NCBI GenBank assembly: GCA_030265395.1
Contig: JARFYF010000029.1
Location: 30,406,309 to 30,470,308 of the forward strand
Source of the DNA: Rhina ancylostomus
Taxonomy: Eukaryota
Direction of reading: 5' to 3'
DNA length: 64,000 nt
The stretch's first letter is position 1. The number at the start of each line of letters is the position of its first letter. Under the pieces are notes generated by a model that made no database searches, was not told the DNA's origin, and was given only the letters and a program-made list of their open reading frames with translations. The position numbers and the translations under genes were made by a program. Positions 24,754-36,559 of this stretch are shown here, one piece after another.

Positions 24754-24970
24754 CGTCATCTCTCTCTCTCTCTCTCTCTCTGATTCGCCCACCACCCACT
24801 TATGATAGGTGTAATTAATAGTAGCAATTAACCTACGAAACCGCATATCCATGCGATGTGGGTGGAAAACCATGCGATTGTCAGCAGAAATGCAAAGTCC
24901 ATAGCGAGCATCAGAGGTCAAAGTTGAAATCTGGATGTTGGGTCTGTGACGCAGTTCCACTCTGCTGCCC
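24015..24970 (-). mobile_element. V-SINE-like SINE carrying an expanded (CT)n microsatellite
   Basis: SINE tail tttagcccactgagtccatgc at about 24020, and body caattaaccta...gatgtgggtggaaaacc...agcatcagaggtcaaagttgaaatctgg at 24820-24950. Confidence 0.7.
24097..24781. repeat. (CT)n microsatellite spanning an N-gap
   Basis: ctctct runs on both sides of gap 24156-24711. Confidence 0.95.
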
Positions 24971-27189
24971 ATCTTCATCTGTTGATGTAGTAGATGGCGT
25001 GCATTTGGGTGAAATGTTTGATGTATTTCATGGATCTCAGAATGTCACCCTCACAACTTTATAAATCTTCTTATGAATTTAAAGTGGCAGTTAAAGTTAG
25101 TAGTAATTGTGTACTGATAGACCTGCAGTGATAGTGCTGCAACCATTAACCTTGCATTGCTTTTCCTTTCCCTTGCTCCGTTCGTGCTTGAGGTTGAAAG
25201 ACATTTGGAGAAAAGGAGGGAATGAAGGCATATAAGGAACGGAGAGTGAAGTTGATGAGATACAGGATCTGCCATGATCCTGATTGGGGAAGCAGAGTCA
25301 AAGGGTCACATGGCTGACTCCCACTTATAGCATAATGAACATGGGAGGTATCAGAGACCAGTAGCTCGTAGAAGCAAAAACACCGCGAGACGTCGTCGAA
25401 ATTTTAATACATATTGTGATATTTTCATACCAAGTCCTCTGCTTACCTTTGCGGTGAGCTTTCTGTGTCTTCTCCCTTTTGAGTTCTTGAAGATGGGCTG
25501 AATCTTTAAATATTTTAGCATAAAATGTGAATCATCTTTTTTGTTTTGTCTTCGTCAGAATTTGCAACTCTGATATTACTTTCTAAAATAGATCAATGTG
25601 GCATATTGCCCAGCCCCCAAACTCCCACCTGAAATATCTCCTTGTGACCGATTGGCTCCCCACACCACTTGTTGAAGCAGCCACCCTCTCAGTACCAGAT
25701 TGTATAATTCTTCATGTCATTGAGATGCATTTTACTTCATCTCTAATGTTTTTATAATTACTGATGGAAAGTAGTCAAAAAAGATGTTTGGTGGAGAATA
25801 AACGTGTAATTTCTTTAATTCTGCTGTGATGTTTCTTCCATGATGCTTGCATTCATATGTGGGAAATTGATCCTAAATTCATGCGATTTCACGAGAGCTG
25901 GTGCTTACAATCCCTATCTTTTACTGCAGTCTCCTGTTGTGTTCCTGCTGAACCACAATTTCTGTTTTTGTACACCATAACTCTGGCCCACTGATTTCTC
26001 TCTAACCTCCTTATCAATTTATCTGTACCTCCTGTCTCCCAAACTCTTATTCTGTCCTTGGAACGACTGTCTTGCTTTCTTAATTGCCCAAAAATCCTGA
26101 GTTCAGATCCTATCATGGCAAACTGAGAAATGTTTGGTCTACCTTTAACTTCAATCTGACACTGGACAGAGTCTAGTGTAGATTTAGAGAATGGCCAGTA
26201 GCTGCTCACTGCCCGTGTTGTCCTCATCCTAAATTCATAAAAGAATAATATTGTGCCATTATGCTGACAGGATGGAGAAATTTAAGTCTCTGACCTCACC
26301 GTTTTTTTTCTCTGCACCTGTTCCCACAACAACTCCAGTATAGCTTTCTTTCTTCACCCATTCTGTCTTTCAGTTTGTTTCATTTTCATGAGTCTGTCTT
26401 TGCTTCCCTGATGCCTCCATTGGCTGCTTTCTGTGACTGTGAATCATCTAAAGTAGTAGGGTACTGGAGCTGAAGACCAGCCTGAATTTCATTGACTTAA
26501 AGCTACCCTCCCTCAGTGACATCCTGGTGGAACTGTTGAGAGTAGGGATGAAGTTCAAATTTCTTGTCAGCAAGAAGTGGGAGTTGAAGAAATGTGGGGT
26601 CCTGTTTATATGCAATCCCAAAATTCTTGTTTGTGACACCTTGGTGGTACATGGGTAATGATTTGGCATGGGTGGTAAGGGGCTTCACCCAACACAATTT
26701 CTATGTTTGTTTTTGAAGGAAAGAAAGAAGTGCTTCCAGACCTGCTCCCACCCAGAATTAGTCATTCTCATTGTGGGGACGTGGGAGGTGGTTAACTTTT
26801 TGCCAAATCTTTTCTTTCTTTGTGAATCAAAGTGCAGTCTCCCAGGTGGCCAGTATGTGGCAGCAGAGAACAATTCAGGTTTTTTCATATCAAGTAATAC
26901 CTTTTAGTTAATATTAACAGATTTAGGTTGAAAATCACGGTACTTGCATAGCTGGTAATGCAAGTATGTGGCAACATCTTTTCGTGTTTGTGTTTAGGAA
27001 GGACCATCTAATTTCACAAGTTTGAAATGCATATTGAAATTAAAAGTTGCAGTTTTGTTAGCATTGATATAAACATTGTAGATAGTAATAAGCCTTGAAA
27101 CTGGTAATGTTAATTTTAAAATATTATTTAACCCAACCTCATTTAATAATTCATTAGTTTTGGAATGGATTATGTTCAGATCTGACCTG

Positions 27190-27670
27190 TGGTGTCTGCA
27201 GACTGCCTCTGGTGGGGCAGGAGGTGTGTGAAGGATGGGTGAATGGATGTTGTGCTGCTTCCACCATTTTAGCTCAGCTTCTCTGTGCTTCCAACGAAGA
27301 GATGAGTCCCCATTGCCTTCCTGGATGCTGCTCCATCGTTCTGGTTAGACATGCCCATGAGCTGCTGAGGTTGTTACAATTTTTTCCCAGGAGACTTTGA
27401 AAATATCCCTGAAGTGTTTTCTTTATCCCCTTGGTGATCTCTTGGCATAACGGAACTCTGAATGGAGCACTTGTTTTGGCAGTGTGGCGTAGGACATGTG
27501 AATCAAGTGCCCTGTCCATCAGAGCCCACAGAGTGTGATCAAAGTTTCGTTGGCCTGGGAGGGGACACTGGTGTTGGTCTGTTTATCCTGCAGGTGGACT
27601 TGGAGAGAGAGTGTTGATGGTACCTGTCCAGTGCTTTGAGTTGCTTGCCTTGGATACAGTACCACAGGCA
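27190..27670 (-). mobile_element. RTE-clade LINE 3' remnant
   Basis: Minus-strand peptides such as QLKALDRYHQ and ccaaaacaagtgctccattcagag (PKQVLHSE) match the RTE ORF C-terminus. Confidence 0.75.
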
Positions 27671-27696
27671 TAAGTGCCTAATACTATATCTATATA

Positions 27697-28452
27697 TAGT
27701 CATATAGCACGGAAACAGGTCCTTTGACCAAACTGATCCATGCCAACCAAGACACCCATCTAAGCTAGTCCCATTTGCCTGAGTTTGGCCCATGTCCTGC
27801 TAAACCTTTCCTATCCATGTGTCTGTCCAAGTGTCTTTTAAATGTTGTTNNNNNNNNNNNNNNNNNNNNNNNNNNNNNNNNNNNNNNNNNNNNNNNNNNN
27901 NNNNNNNNNNNNNNNNNNNNNNNNNNNNNNNNNNNNNNNNNNNNNNNNNNNNNNNNNNNNNNNNNNNNNNNNNNNNNNNNNNNNNNNNNNNNNNNNNNNN
28001 NNNNNNNNNNNNNNNNNNNNNNNNNNNNNNNNNNNNNNNNNNNNNNNNNNNNNNNNNNNNNNNNNNNNNNNNNNNNNNNNNNNNNNNNNNNNNNNNNNNN
28101 NNNNNNNNNNNNNNNNNNNNNNNNNNNNNNNNNNNNNNNNNNNNNNNNNNNNNNNNNNNNNNNNNNNNNNNNNNNNNNNNNNNNNNNNNNNNNNNNNNNN
28201 NNNNNNNNNNNNNNNNNNNNNNNNNNNNNNNNNNNNNNNNNNNNNNNNNNNNNNNNNNNNNNNNNNNNNNNNNNNNNNNNNNNNNNNNNNNNNNNNNNNN
28301 NNNNNNNNNNNNNNNNNNNNNNNNNNNNNNNNNNNNNNNNNNNNNNNNNNNNNGTACTTGTATTCCTAGGTGTCTCTGTTCTACAACACTCCCCAGGGGC
28401 CCTGTCGTTCACTGAGAAAGTCCTACCTTCATTTGTCTTCACAAAATGCAAC
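27697..28452 (-). mobile_element. CR1 LINE 3' portion (centre in N-gap)
   Basis: MLHFVKTNEGRTFSVN and TTFKRHLDRHMDRKG; tail tagtcatatagcacggaaacagg. Confidence 0.9.
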
Positions 28453-28904
28453 ATAGACAGTGAATTCTGGTAAGCTGCTTGACTGTAGAAGTCATCGTAG
28501 TCTACGCACAGAGGAGTTCTGGCAAGAGTTGCACAACAACAGGTGGGAGTGAGACACAGCTAATCTTCCCTTCTCCTTAGCAGTAATGTTACCCGTGCTG
28601 AGAGGAACAAATTTAGCACAGATTGGTGTCTCAGTCTCAGCCAGTACTCTATCAAGTAGTATTGGTCTCTGTTCTGTAAGGTCCAAGCATGTACATAATC
28701 ACAAAACTGCTTCTATTTGAAGAGACAGGTGACATTCATAACCTGAAATGTCTCAAACACTTTTAGCTATTTTAAAATTCTCAGTTTTGTTCCTTTTCAG
28801 ATTTGAAAATTATTGGCAAGCTCTCCAGTTATGTTTTGGAAAAATTACTTTTGGGGAAATTCATGTCAGAAAATTAATGTTAGCTCTATAACTGACCCTT
28901 ACAG

Positions 28905-29013
28905 GCTGTGTATTTTTATGAATTCCAATCTCTTCGGTCTTTGGATAAAGATGTGATGGGAGATCCAACAGTGAACATTCCATTGCGTTCAACTATCTCA
29001 CGCAAGGCCACAG
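28905..29013 (+). CDS. WIF1: WIF1 exon 3 (109 nt): [36 protein letters not shown]
   Basis: ccttacag|gctgtg...gccacag|gtcagt. Phases fit exons 2 and 4. Confidence 0.98.
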
Positions 29014-29232
29014 GTCAGTAAGTATTGTGTCCCTCACTTCCTTTCCATGTTACATGTATTGCTTTTAATGTCTGAACTTTTGAACTACCACCTGCCTACT
29101 TGTATCACAACGAACCATTTTGGAATGCAGAATGATAAGAGAGCTTTTATCATGCTTTAGTTGTACAAAGGTGATCAGTTGTGAATATGACTAACACTGA
29201 ATCAAGTAAACTGATGACTGCTATATTTAAAA

Positions 29233-29643
29233 TAAAACTTGAATAACAAACATGATTGTTTTTCCAAAGGTTTGAGTGGGGTTATTTAACACATTACCTG
29301 GTCCCTAATTTGTAATGAGTTTGGTTTCCTTAGCAGCTGAGCACTACTCTTGGACCCAGCTGAGGAGAGGGAATAAATACAGCACTGCTGCTGCTTCTGG
29401 TCCCCACATAATGATCCCGCTGCAAATCAAGTCAGGATAGGCATGGACTCTGATGGCCCAGCCATGATAACACGCTGTTAGATTCACAGACAAGGAGATG
29501 TGTAAAGCTCTGAAGGATTGTGCTATTTGGCATTGCACGATGATAGGAAAAAGTTTTGTTTTAGTATTTTGCTATAAAACTAAACTGTTGAGTCCTAACA
29601 TTTCCTTAAATGATTACTGCATATTTTTGTTATTCAAGTTTTA
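29233..29643. repeat. 18-bp perfect inverted repeat bracketing about 375 bp (possible MITE)
   Basis: taaaacttgaataacaaa (29233-29250) and tttgttattcaagtttta (29626-29643). Confidence 0.6.
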
Positions 29644-30618
29644 AAAATCTTCTTTGTGAAGAAAAGCCATTGAAAAATAGCAGCACAGGGTGAAGTTATC
29701 CGAATGCATTTTCTATGCTTATTGATGAAATTAAGTCCCAAGCAATTTAAATAGAGCTCTTCAAAGCGCTCGGCAATGAAGTTACTTCAGTGATATTTAC
29801 TGATCTGTTTTACAAGCAAGTGCCAAAGCCAAGTATTCAATCCTGAAGTATATTAGTGGAGATCTAAAGTCAATTGAAAGGCTGTTCTGCACAATTCTTT
29901 CCCGACGAGTGGCTCAGTTTTTCTCAGAGCCCCGATGGTTACACACTAAAAAGATAATGGCTTCTCTTTCACTTTTGAAAGTACTTTATGTCAGTTCAGG
30001 TTGGGGAGGAGCACTCCTCCAGCCCTCAACTCCACCATCTGGTCATCAGTCTCACTACTGCGGTGATATGACAATAGGTGTGGGTGGAACCCAACCACCA
30101 GACCACCTCTGTCCTGCCTAGCTGGATTAGATATGGCTTCAAGTTCCCATGGGTCAGGGGTTGACCTAGATCCAGTCTGAAAACCAAAATAGCTTCTGGT
30201 AAAGTAGTTGGGTAATGGAAATTCGTCCTTGTGGAATTTACAAATCACTACCAAAAATTTTGAGATACAGAATAAAAATCCACTCTGACAGAATTTGTGA
30301 GGAAAAAAATAACTTAAAAAAACCCCCCACAAAATGTGAAAGAAACAACAAATTTTGTCAATTTTTGTCAAGGGTTCATATTACGATACANNNNNNNNNN
30401 NNNNNNNNNNNNNNNNNNNNNNNNNNNNNNNNNNNNNNNNNNNNNNNNNNNNNNNNNNNNNNNNNNNNNNNNNNNNNNNNNNNNNNNNNNNNNNNNNNNN
30501 NNNNNNNNNNNNNNNNNNNNNNNNNNNNNNNNNNNNNNNNNNNNNNNNNNNNNNNNNNNNNNNNNNNNNNNNNNNNNNNNNNNNNNNNNNNNNNNNNNNN
30601 NNNNNNNNNNNNNNNNNN

Positions 30619-30740
30619 TTGCCTCGGTGGCCAGGATGGAGTAGCAGCTTTTGAGGTCACTGTGGTCATTATGGATGCTGAAGGGAATGTTGTACTTCGA
30701 ACCCCTCACAATGCAATATTCTTCAAAACTTGCCAAAGAG
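30619..30740 (+). CDS. WIF1: WIF1 exon 4 (5' about 19 nt in gap): [40 protein letters not shown]
   Basis: C-terminal WIF-domain sequence; donor aagag|gtaagc. Acceptor lies in gap 30391-30618. Confidence 0.98.
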
Positions 30741-31744
30741 GTAAGCAGACCTTTTCCTGAATATCATGCTGCTCTTGTCAGTCATTTACATATGTCGGAA
30801 ACGAGATGAAGCAAGTAGATTTAAATTTTAATCTTTTCAAATATGGATTGGTGGTGACATTATAATTTCTGTTAGTGGTAAAATAATCTTGCTAGTAACT
30901 TGGCTACGTTAAATTAATGAAACATGTACAACATCTGAGAAAAGTAAAAAAGATCATTCACCATGGAAACCAAATTCCTCAAGGTGAAATGTAACTTGAG
31001 CATTATTACACTGATGCCTCTTTTAACAATTCATGATCTGATTTTGATAAAAAAATTTAGTTTTGAATGAATTTTAATTTATACTCATTACAAATTAAGG
31101 ATTCTCACTGAAGCATGATGTCTAATCCAAACCCCACTGCTCAGACAGTTGGAGGTGAGGTGAACAATTAGGGCCTGCTGCTATACCCATTTGATTCTAT
31201 TGCTTTTCACCATTTCCCCAATCTTAACCCATTCCTTTCAGCATGCTTATAGGACACCCACAGGAAGAAAGTGAGGCCCCTCTTTAAATGTACACAAACT
31301 GGGCCCAGTTTTTCATTTTTGGAATTTACAATATTAAATAATAGTAAATAAGATTGGATCTGGCTTTTTCTCACTATCTTTCCCCGCTAATCTGTCCCAA
31401 AATGTCCCCAGGAAATGCATATTGTATGTTTTTTTACTGGATTGGAATTTGTGTAAGTTATGCATCTTTTGAACAGAGAATTGTTAAAGACAGATGACAA
31501 AAGTTAATAATAGGCTAGTATTACAAATTTAAAATTAAACCTCTGGTAATTCAGCTAAAAAGACATTGTGGTGGAAAAGAAAACACTACAAATTATGAAA
31601 ACATGTTTTAAGTACAGAGAACTATCTTGCCTGGCTGTAATTTTTGGAAATTATATATTATGTGTTTGTATATATAGGTATATATGAATATAAATGATAT
31701 CTATATAAAGTATTGAATATTTACAAACTCTTTGATTTGCAAAG

Positions 31745-31840
31745 CCAAATGCCCAGGGGGATGTCGCAATGGAGGTTACTGTACAGAGAGACAGGTTTGT
31801 GAGTGCCCTGATGGATTCTATGGACCTCATTGTGAAAAAG
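31745..31840 (+). CDS. WIF1: WIF1 exon 5, EGF1: (A)[31 protein letters not shown]
   Basis: gcaaag|ccaaa...aaaag|gtaacg; 96 nt, 6 Cys. Confidence 0.98.
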
Positions 31841-33547
31841 GTAACGTTTAAAAGAAATAAACCCACAGCCGTCATTTAACTGTGATTTAAAAACAAAATC
31901 TCTAATAAGATGAATGAAGATTTTTTGTAAATGTCAAAGATTGATCAACTCTGTAACTAATACATCGCTTTCTCTACATGAAGACAGTGTGCTTTTTTTC
32001 CTTGAGTTGTTGCTTCAAGCTATCCAGGGAAGGCAGGGAAAGTTGGCAGGCAAATCACCTGGCAGATCTTGCACACTTACTAGCAGCCGTCACAGAGCTG
32101 TATTGTTTGGCCTTTTGGCAGGGATGTGATGTAGAAAGCCTCCAAAAGTGAGAAGATTAAAGGAGCAGGAGAATAAATTTGGGGAAAAAAAATAAACAAA
32201 TTAAACTAAAACTATTTGAGCTATTTTGTAAGCCAAAAGAGAGGATTAAAATGAAGTATTATGTTAAGAAAATATTTCAATTTCAGCAATATCCTGTAAG
32301 GAAAAATAAGCAGCTCTGTTACTTTGAATGAACAGCGGCTAACTCAACGATGTCTGTCCTGGTGGCCTTGGGCACTTAACCAATGTTTCAGATTGGGACA
32401 ACTGGTAGATTTCTACAGCTTTCCTCAAGGAAACAATAATGATCACTTTGACATGTTTTGTCCTTGTCCATATTTTTGGAAAAAAGACATTCATTCACTC
32501 TAAGAAAAGTTCTAGGATATGTGAACTTTAAATGTTGTGCAAGTTTAATTTTTGATATGTGATAATTTGAATTAAAGCATGAAATTTATTTTGGCAATTA
32601 TTTTTACCTCGATCATCATATTTGGTCTTTCTNNNNNNNNNNNNNNNNNNNNNNNNNNNNNNNNNNNNNNNNNNNNNNNNNNNNNNNNNNNNNNNNNNNN
32701 NNNNNNNNNNNNNNNNNNNNNNNNNNNNNNNNATATTTGGTCTTTCTCTTCTTATCTGGTATGAGTGCACAAAGCCCAACAAATGAAATATTCTGTATTA
32801 AAATTACTGATTTGTAGTAATGTAGACATTTCAGATTGAATTTTCCTTTTACACCTTGCCCTTCTCTTCCCTTCCCTGCCTCCCACCTCCCCTCCCACAC
32901 CCTTCCTATACAACATAGAGCAGTATAGCTCAGGAACAGGCCATTCAGCCCACAAATGCCATTTCCTCTGTCTGTTTATGTTCTGCTGCAGTTTTCTGAC
33001 TTTTACAGCAGGGAAAATTGTACTAATGTCTGAAAATACCAATCCTTTCGATCTTTTTTTAGATTACACCATGAAAATGGACAACTTCCGATGGACAGGG
33101 GCTGAAATTTTACAGATGCTATATCTGGACAGCAACATTATATATCTGGAGCACTGCTGTCATCTTTGACTGGAGATGGGGAGGGGTGTGGTCGGCAGGA
33201 GCTAGTCAGGGAGGGGAAGGGGTAGAAGTTAAGGGAAGATTCAACCTGATATATCTATTTGTTTGGCTTTGTGCGCTAGGTATAGGTAGAAAGACAAAAT
33301 ATGATGAATCAAGTGAACATAACTGACAAATGTCTTGCTTTAATTTGAACAATTCCATTTGGAGTTGCCTTGCCATTTGCTGGCCCAGAGTGTGCACAGA
33401 CAGGCTAGAGATTGGGGAAAATTAAAGCTGCTATTGGTTCTTTATTTGGAACATTGAATACATTTTCAAGGTACTTTTGGCTCTGCAGCCCACTTCTTAT
33501 TATTGGCAGGGTCCTGGGAGCAATTTACTTACTGTCTCATTTAGTAA

Positions 33548-33722
33548 AAAGACTTGCTTTATATAGAACTCTTCATCTTTTAGGATGTTGAGAGATGATA
33601 AATATTGCCTAGAATGCTGGTTATCTCTCTCTCTCTGGCTTTCTTCAAATTAGAGCCATGGGATCTTTTGTTCTCAGCTGAAAGAACAGATGGGGCCACA
33701 GCTTAACATCTCATCCAAATGA
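33548..33722 (-). mobile_element. DeuSINE-like fragment in WIF1 intron 5
   Basis: gccatgggatctttt...ctgaaagaacagatggggccacagcttaacatctcatccaaa is the reverse complement of the Deu core. Confidence 0.65.
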
Positions 33723-33911
33723 TCTAAAAGTTAAGATGGGGAGTGTAAGAAGCTGGAACAAACAAGGGGGTGGATGGGTGTGTATTTTATTTAAATGACG
33801 TTTTTGAGAGGAATATATAATTAAGTAATGAAAAGACTTTAGGGCATGCTAGTCTCCAACTCTATACTTCTATAAATACATTTAACCTTCCTATTTGCTT
33901 CATTCTGTTAG

Positions 33912-34007
33912 CTCTGTGCGTCCCCAGATGTCTGAATGGAGGACTGTGTGTCAGTCCAGGATTGTGCATCTGTCCCCCTGGATACTTTGGTATTAACTGT
34001 GATAAAG
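33912..34007 (+). CDS. WIF1: WIF1 exon 6, EGF2: (A)[31 protein letters not shown]
   Basis: ctgttag|ctctg...gataaag|gtaata; 96 nt, 6 Cys. Confidence 0.98.
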
Positions 34008-35099
34008 GTAATAGTTGAACATCCAGATTTAATTGGGTGACTTCTTTTGTGCACAATCATAAATCTTTCTGCTAGAGAACAGAACACTTTTGGCATGTAA
34101 TCACTGAACACCACCAAGTCAAATTTAACACCAAGGTCTCGCGCACACAAAATCTGGTGAACAGTTGCGGCAGAAAAAATGACATGTTCATCTGTTTGAA
34201 AATCAATGGACTACTTCCAGTTGTTACGCAGCTCTTCCAGAACTCTGACACTTAAGTAACAACTTTCCCTCCTGCTCTTAGTTCCAGTCCAGACTTGTGA
34301 TTTAAAGTTGGCAGCTGCTCCAACAGGATTGATACAGGGAGAGGAGATTTAAAGTCAGTAGCGTGGGCCTGGATTGGAGTAGGAAAGAAGAGTTGGCATA
34401 AAATGTAAGAATGCTGCAGAAGTCAAGGAAATTCCAATAAGATGTTTCTCTACTTTTTGGAGCTTGTTAAAAGTAAAATGTGCGGCTTATCATGCTTCAT
34501 AATTTTATTATTAGCTTTATAAGCAAGTGTGCAGTAAAGGTAAGGCGATTTTAATATGGGAATTTTAACTTTCATATGGACAGATAAGGGAATTAGTTCA
34601 TAGCTGGATTGTGCTTTACAGTTTACTGCAGCAATACTTCCTAGAACTTCCAAGGGAGCAGGACATTGAGATTTAAAATTGGGCAACGAGGCAGTATTAG
34701 TTAATGGACTAACTATGAGTGAAAGTTAATCTAACAGCAGTGGAAAAAATGAGCAAATTCAGTGTAGTGTGCGAAAGAGGAACAATGCAAAATGGCTACA
34801 AACATTCTACATGTGAGTGAGGTAGACGTCCATGCAATGGGGCAAAGACTGAGCACACCAAAATGGACATGTCTGTTAATAGATTCGTTCTGTGGTGCTT
34901 GTTTTAAAACATTAGCAATGATACAGAACAGTTTAAATCTGAGAGGCAGTAGCTAAAGTGCAACCGTAACGGGGAAGGAATAATAAGAAACTAAAAGAAA
35001 AACCTTATAGAGATAAACATACTAGTGGGAAATATTATGAGAAGAGCAAACAGTAAGAACTACAAAAACGGTATGTGAAAAGAAACACTCGTCTGGTGT

Positions 35100-35660
35100 C
35101 AAGATATTCCCCATCTCTGATCAAGGATAGTGACTGAACACCTTGAATATTTCCAGTTGATCGGAGAGAGCCTGCATGGATATGCATAGGATAGGCCATT
35201 CCGATGAACATGATTTTTCAAGGGATTGCAAAAGTACTGTGCAGAGAAATGTTTATATTTATTACTTATATGGACCTCCAGGAGATATTTGATGAAGTTC
35301 TTCAAAAGAAACTTAGCTAAGCTTGAAATTTTTTCAATTACAGGGTATTCATTGACGAGTAGGAAACTGACTGAGTAGCAGCAGGCAGACTATTGGGATA
35401 ATTGGCAACTATTCACATTGGCAAATTGTGTCCAGTCACTCTCCACGGGGTCTTTACTGGATCATATTTATAAATGACTTGGATGATGGGATAGAAAGCC
35501 ATGTATCCAAAGAGAGGTGGCATTGGAAGCAGCAAAGATGGAAGCATTGTAGAAATGGGCAAAATTGTGCCAAATGGATTTCAATATTGGCAGTTGAAAG
35601 TGATCCAATTTAGGCCTAAGAGGGATAGAATAAAGTATTTTCTAAGTGCAAGCCCAAAGA
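35100..35660 (+). mobile_element. Decayed CR1 RT fragment in intron 6
   Basis: atatttataaatgacttggatgatgggata (IFINDLDDGI) and tatatggacctccaggagatatttgatgaagtt (YMD...FDEV). Confidence 0.7.
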
Positions 35661-36244
35661 GTTACTGATTTAAGAACATGCTCATACTTGAGCAGAGCAT
35701 AGTCAGATATGGAATTGTTGAACTTGCAAGTTGCTATTCCTTATGTTAGCCCATTATTTGTATCAAAGCAAATGGGAATAATTTTCATGCAGTAATGGGC
35801 TGAACCTCAAAAAAAAAGGACTACAATTTAGTGCCTAGCTGTCTAACCCAATTCAACGGCATCTATCTACATATGTTGGGTTCTGGTTGAATCAGGTATA
35901 TCATCTCATTAAACATTTGGGGCTGTGTTCTATATTGGCCCAGCTCAGTACTTTACCTAGGTCAGGATGATTTAATTAGTATTACAGTATATGACTAGCC
36001 AGTTTGAGATTGTTCTACTTCCAGCGATAATTAGGTTAGGTATGGGAGGAAAGTTAGTCTGGCTTGCGTCAGCTTTGGGTTGGCTGTGTTGGGTTGGGTT
36101 TTGATTTTGTGCCTGAGCAGACATTTGCAATTTTTGAAATTATTTTATGGATAATTTTCTGAAATGTGATTTTTTTCCCTGTTCTAATATTTTGCATTAA
36201 AATTAATTCATACAGCTTATTCTTAAAATTTTATTTTATTTCAG

Positions 36245-36340
36245 CGAACTGTACCACAACCTGTTACAATGGTGGAACCTGCTTCCATCCTAACAAATGC
36301 ATTTGCCCTCCAGGATATGAAGGGGATCTGTGTGAGAACA
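36245..36340 (+). CDS. WIF1: WIF1 exon 7, EGF3: (A)[31 protein letters not shown]
   Basis: ttttatttcag|cgaac...gagaaca|gtcagt; 96 nt; NCT sequon. Confidence 0.98.
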
Positions 36341-36559
36341 GTCAGTATCAACCTTTACTCCTCTGTTCCCTCTCCCTCATGTGCTTCTATCCTCTGTTTA
36401 AATGAATCCATACCAGTTGTCTCAGTCACTTCCTGTGATAACACGTTTCATGTTCTCCTCGTTCAGTAGATAAATCGCTTTTCATTTCCCTTATACAATC
36501 ATCATTAAGAAATTTATACTTATGGCCCTTAGTCTGCCTCTTCCTCTGAAGTATAAGTA

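Noticed and set aside
26440-26700. Short minus-strand ORFs in intron 2
   Set aside because: No domain recognised. Probably decayed retroelement sequence or chance.
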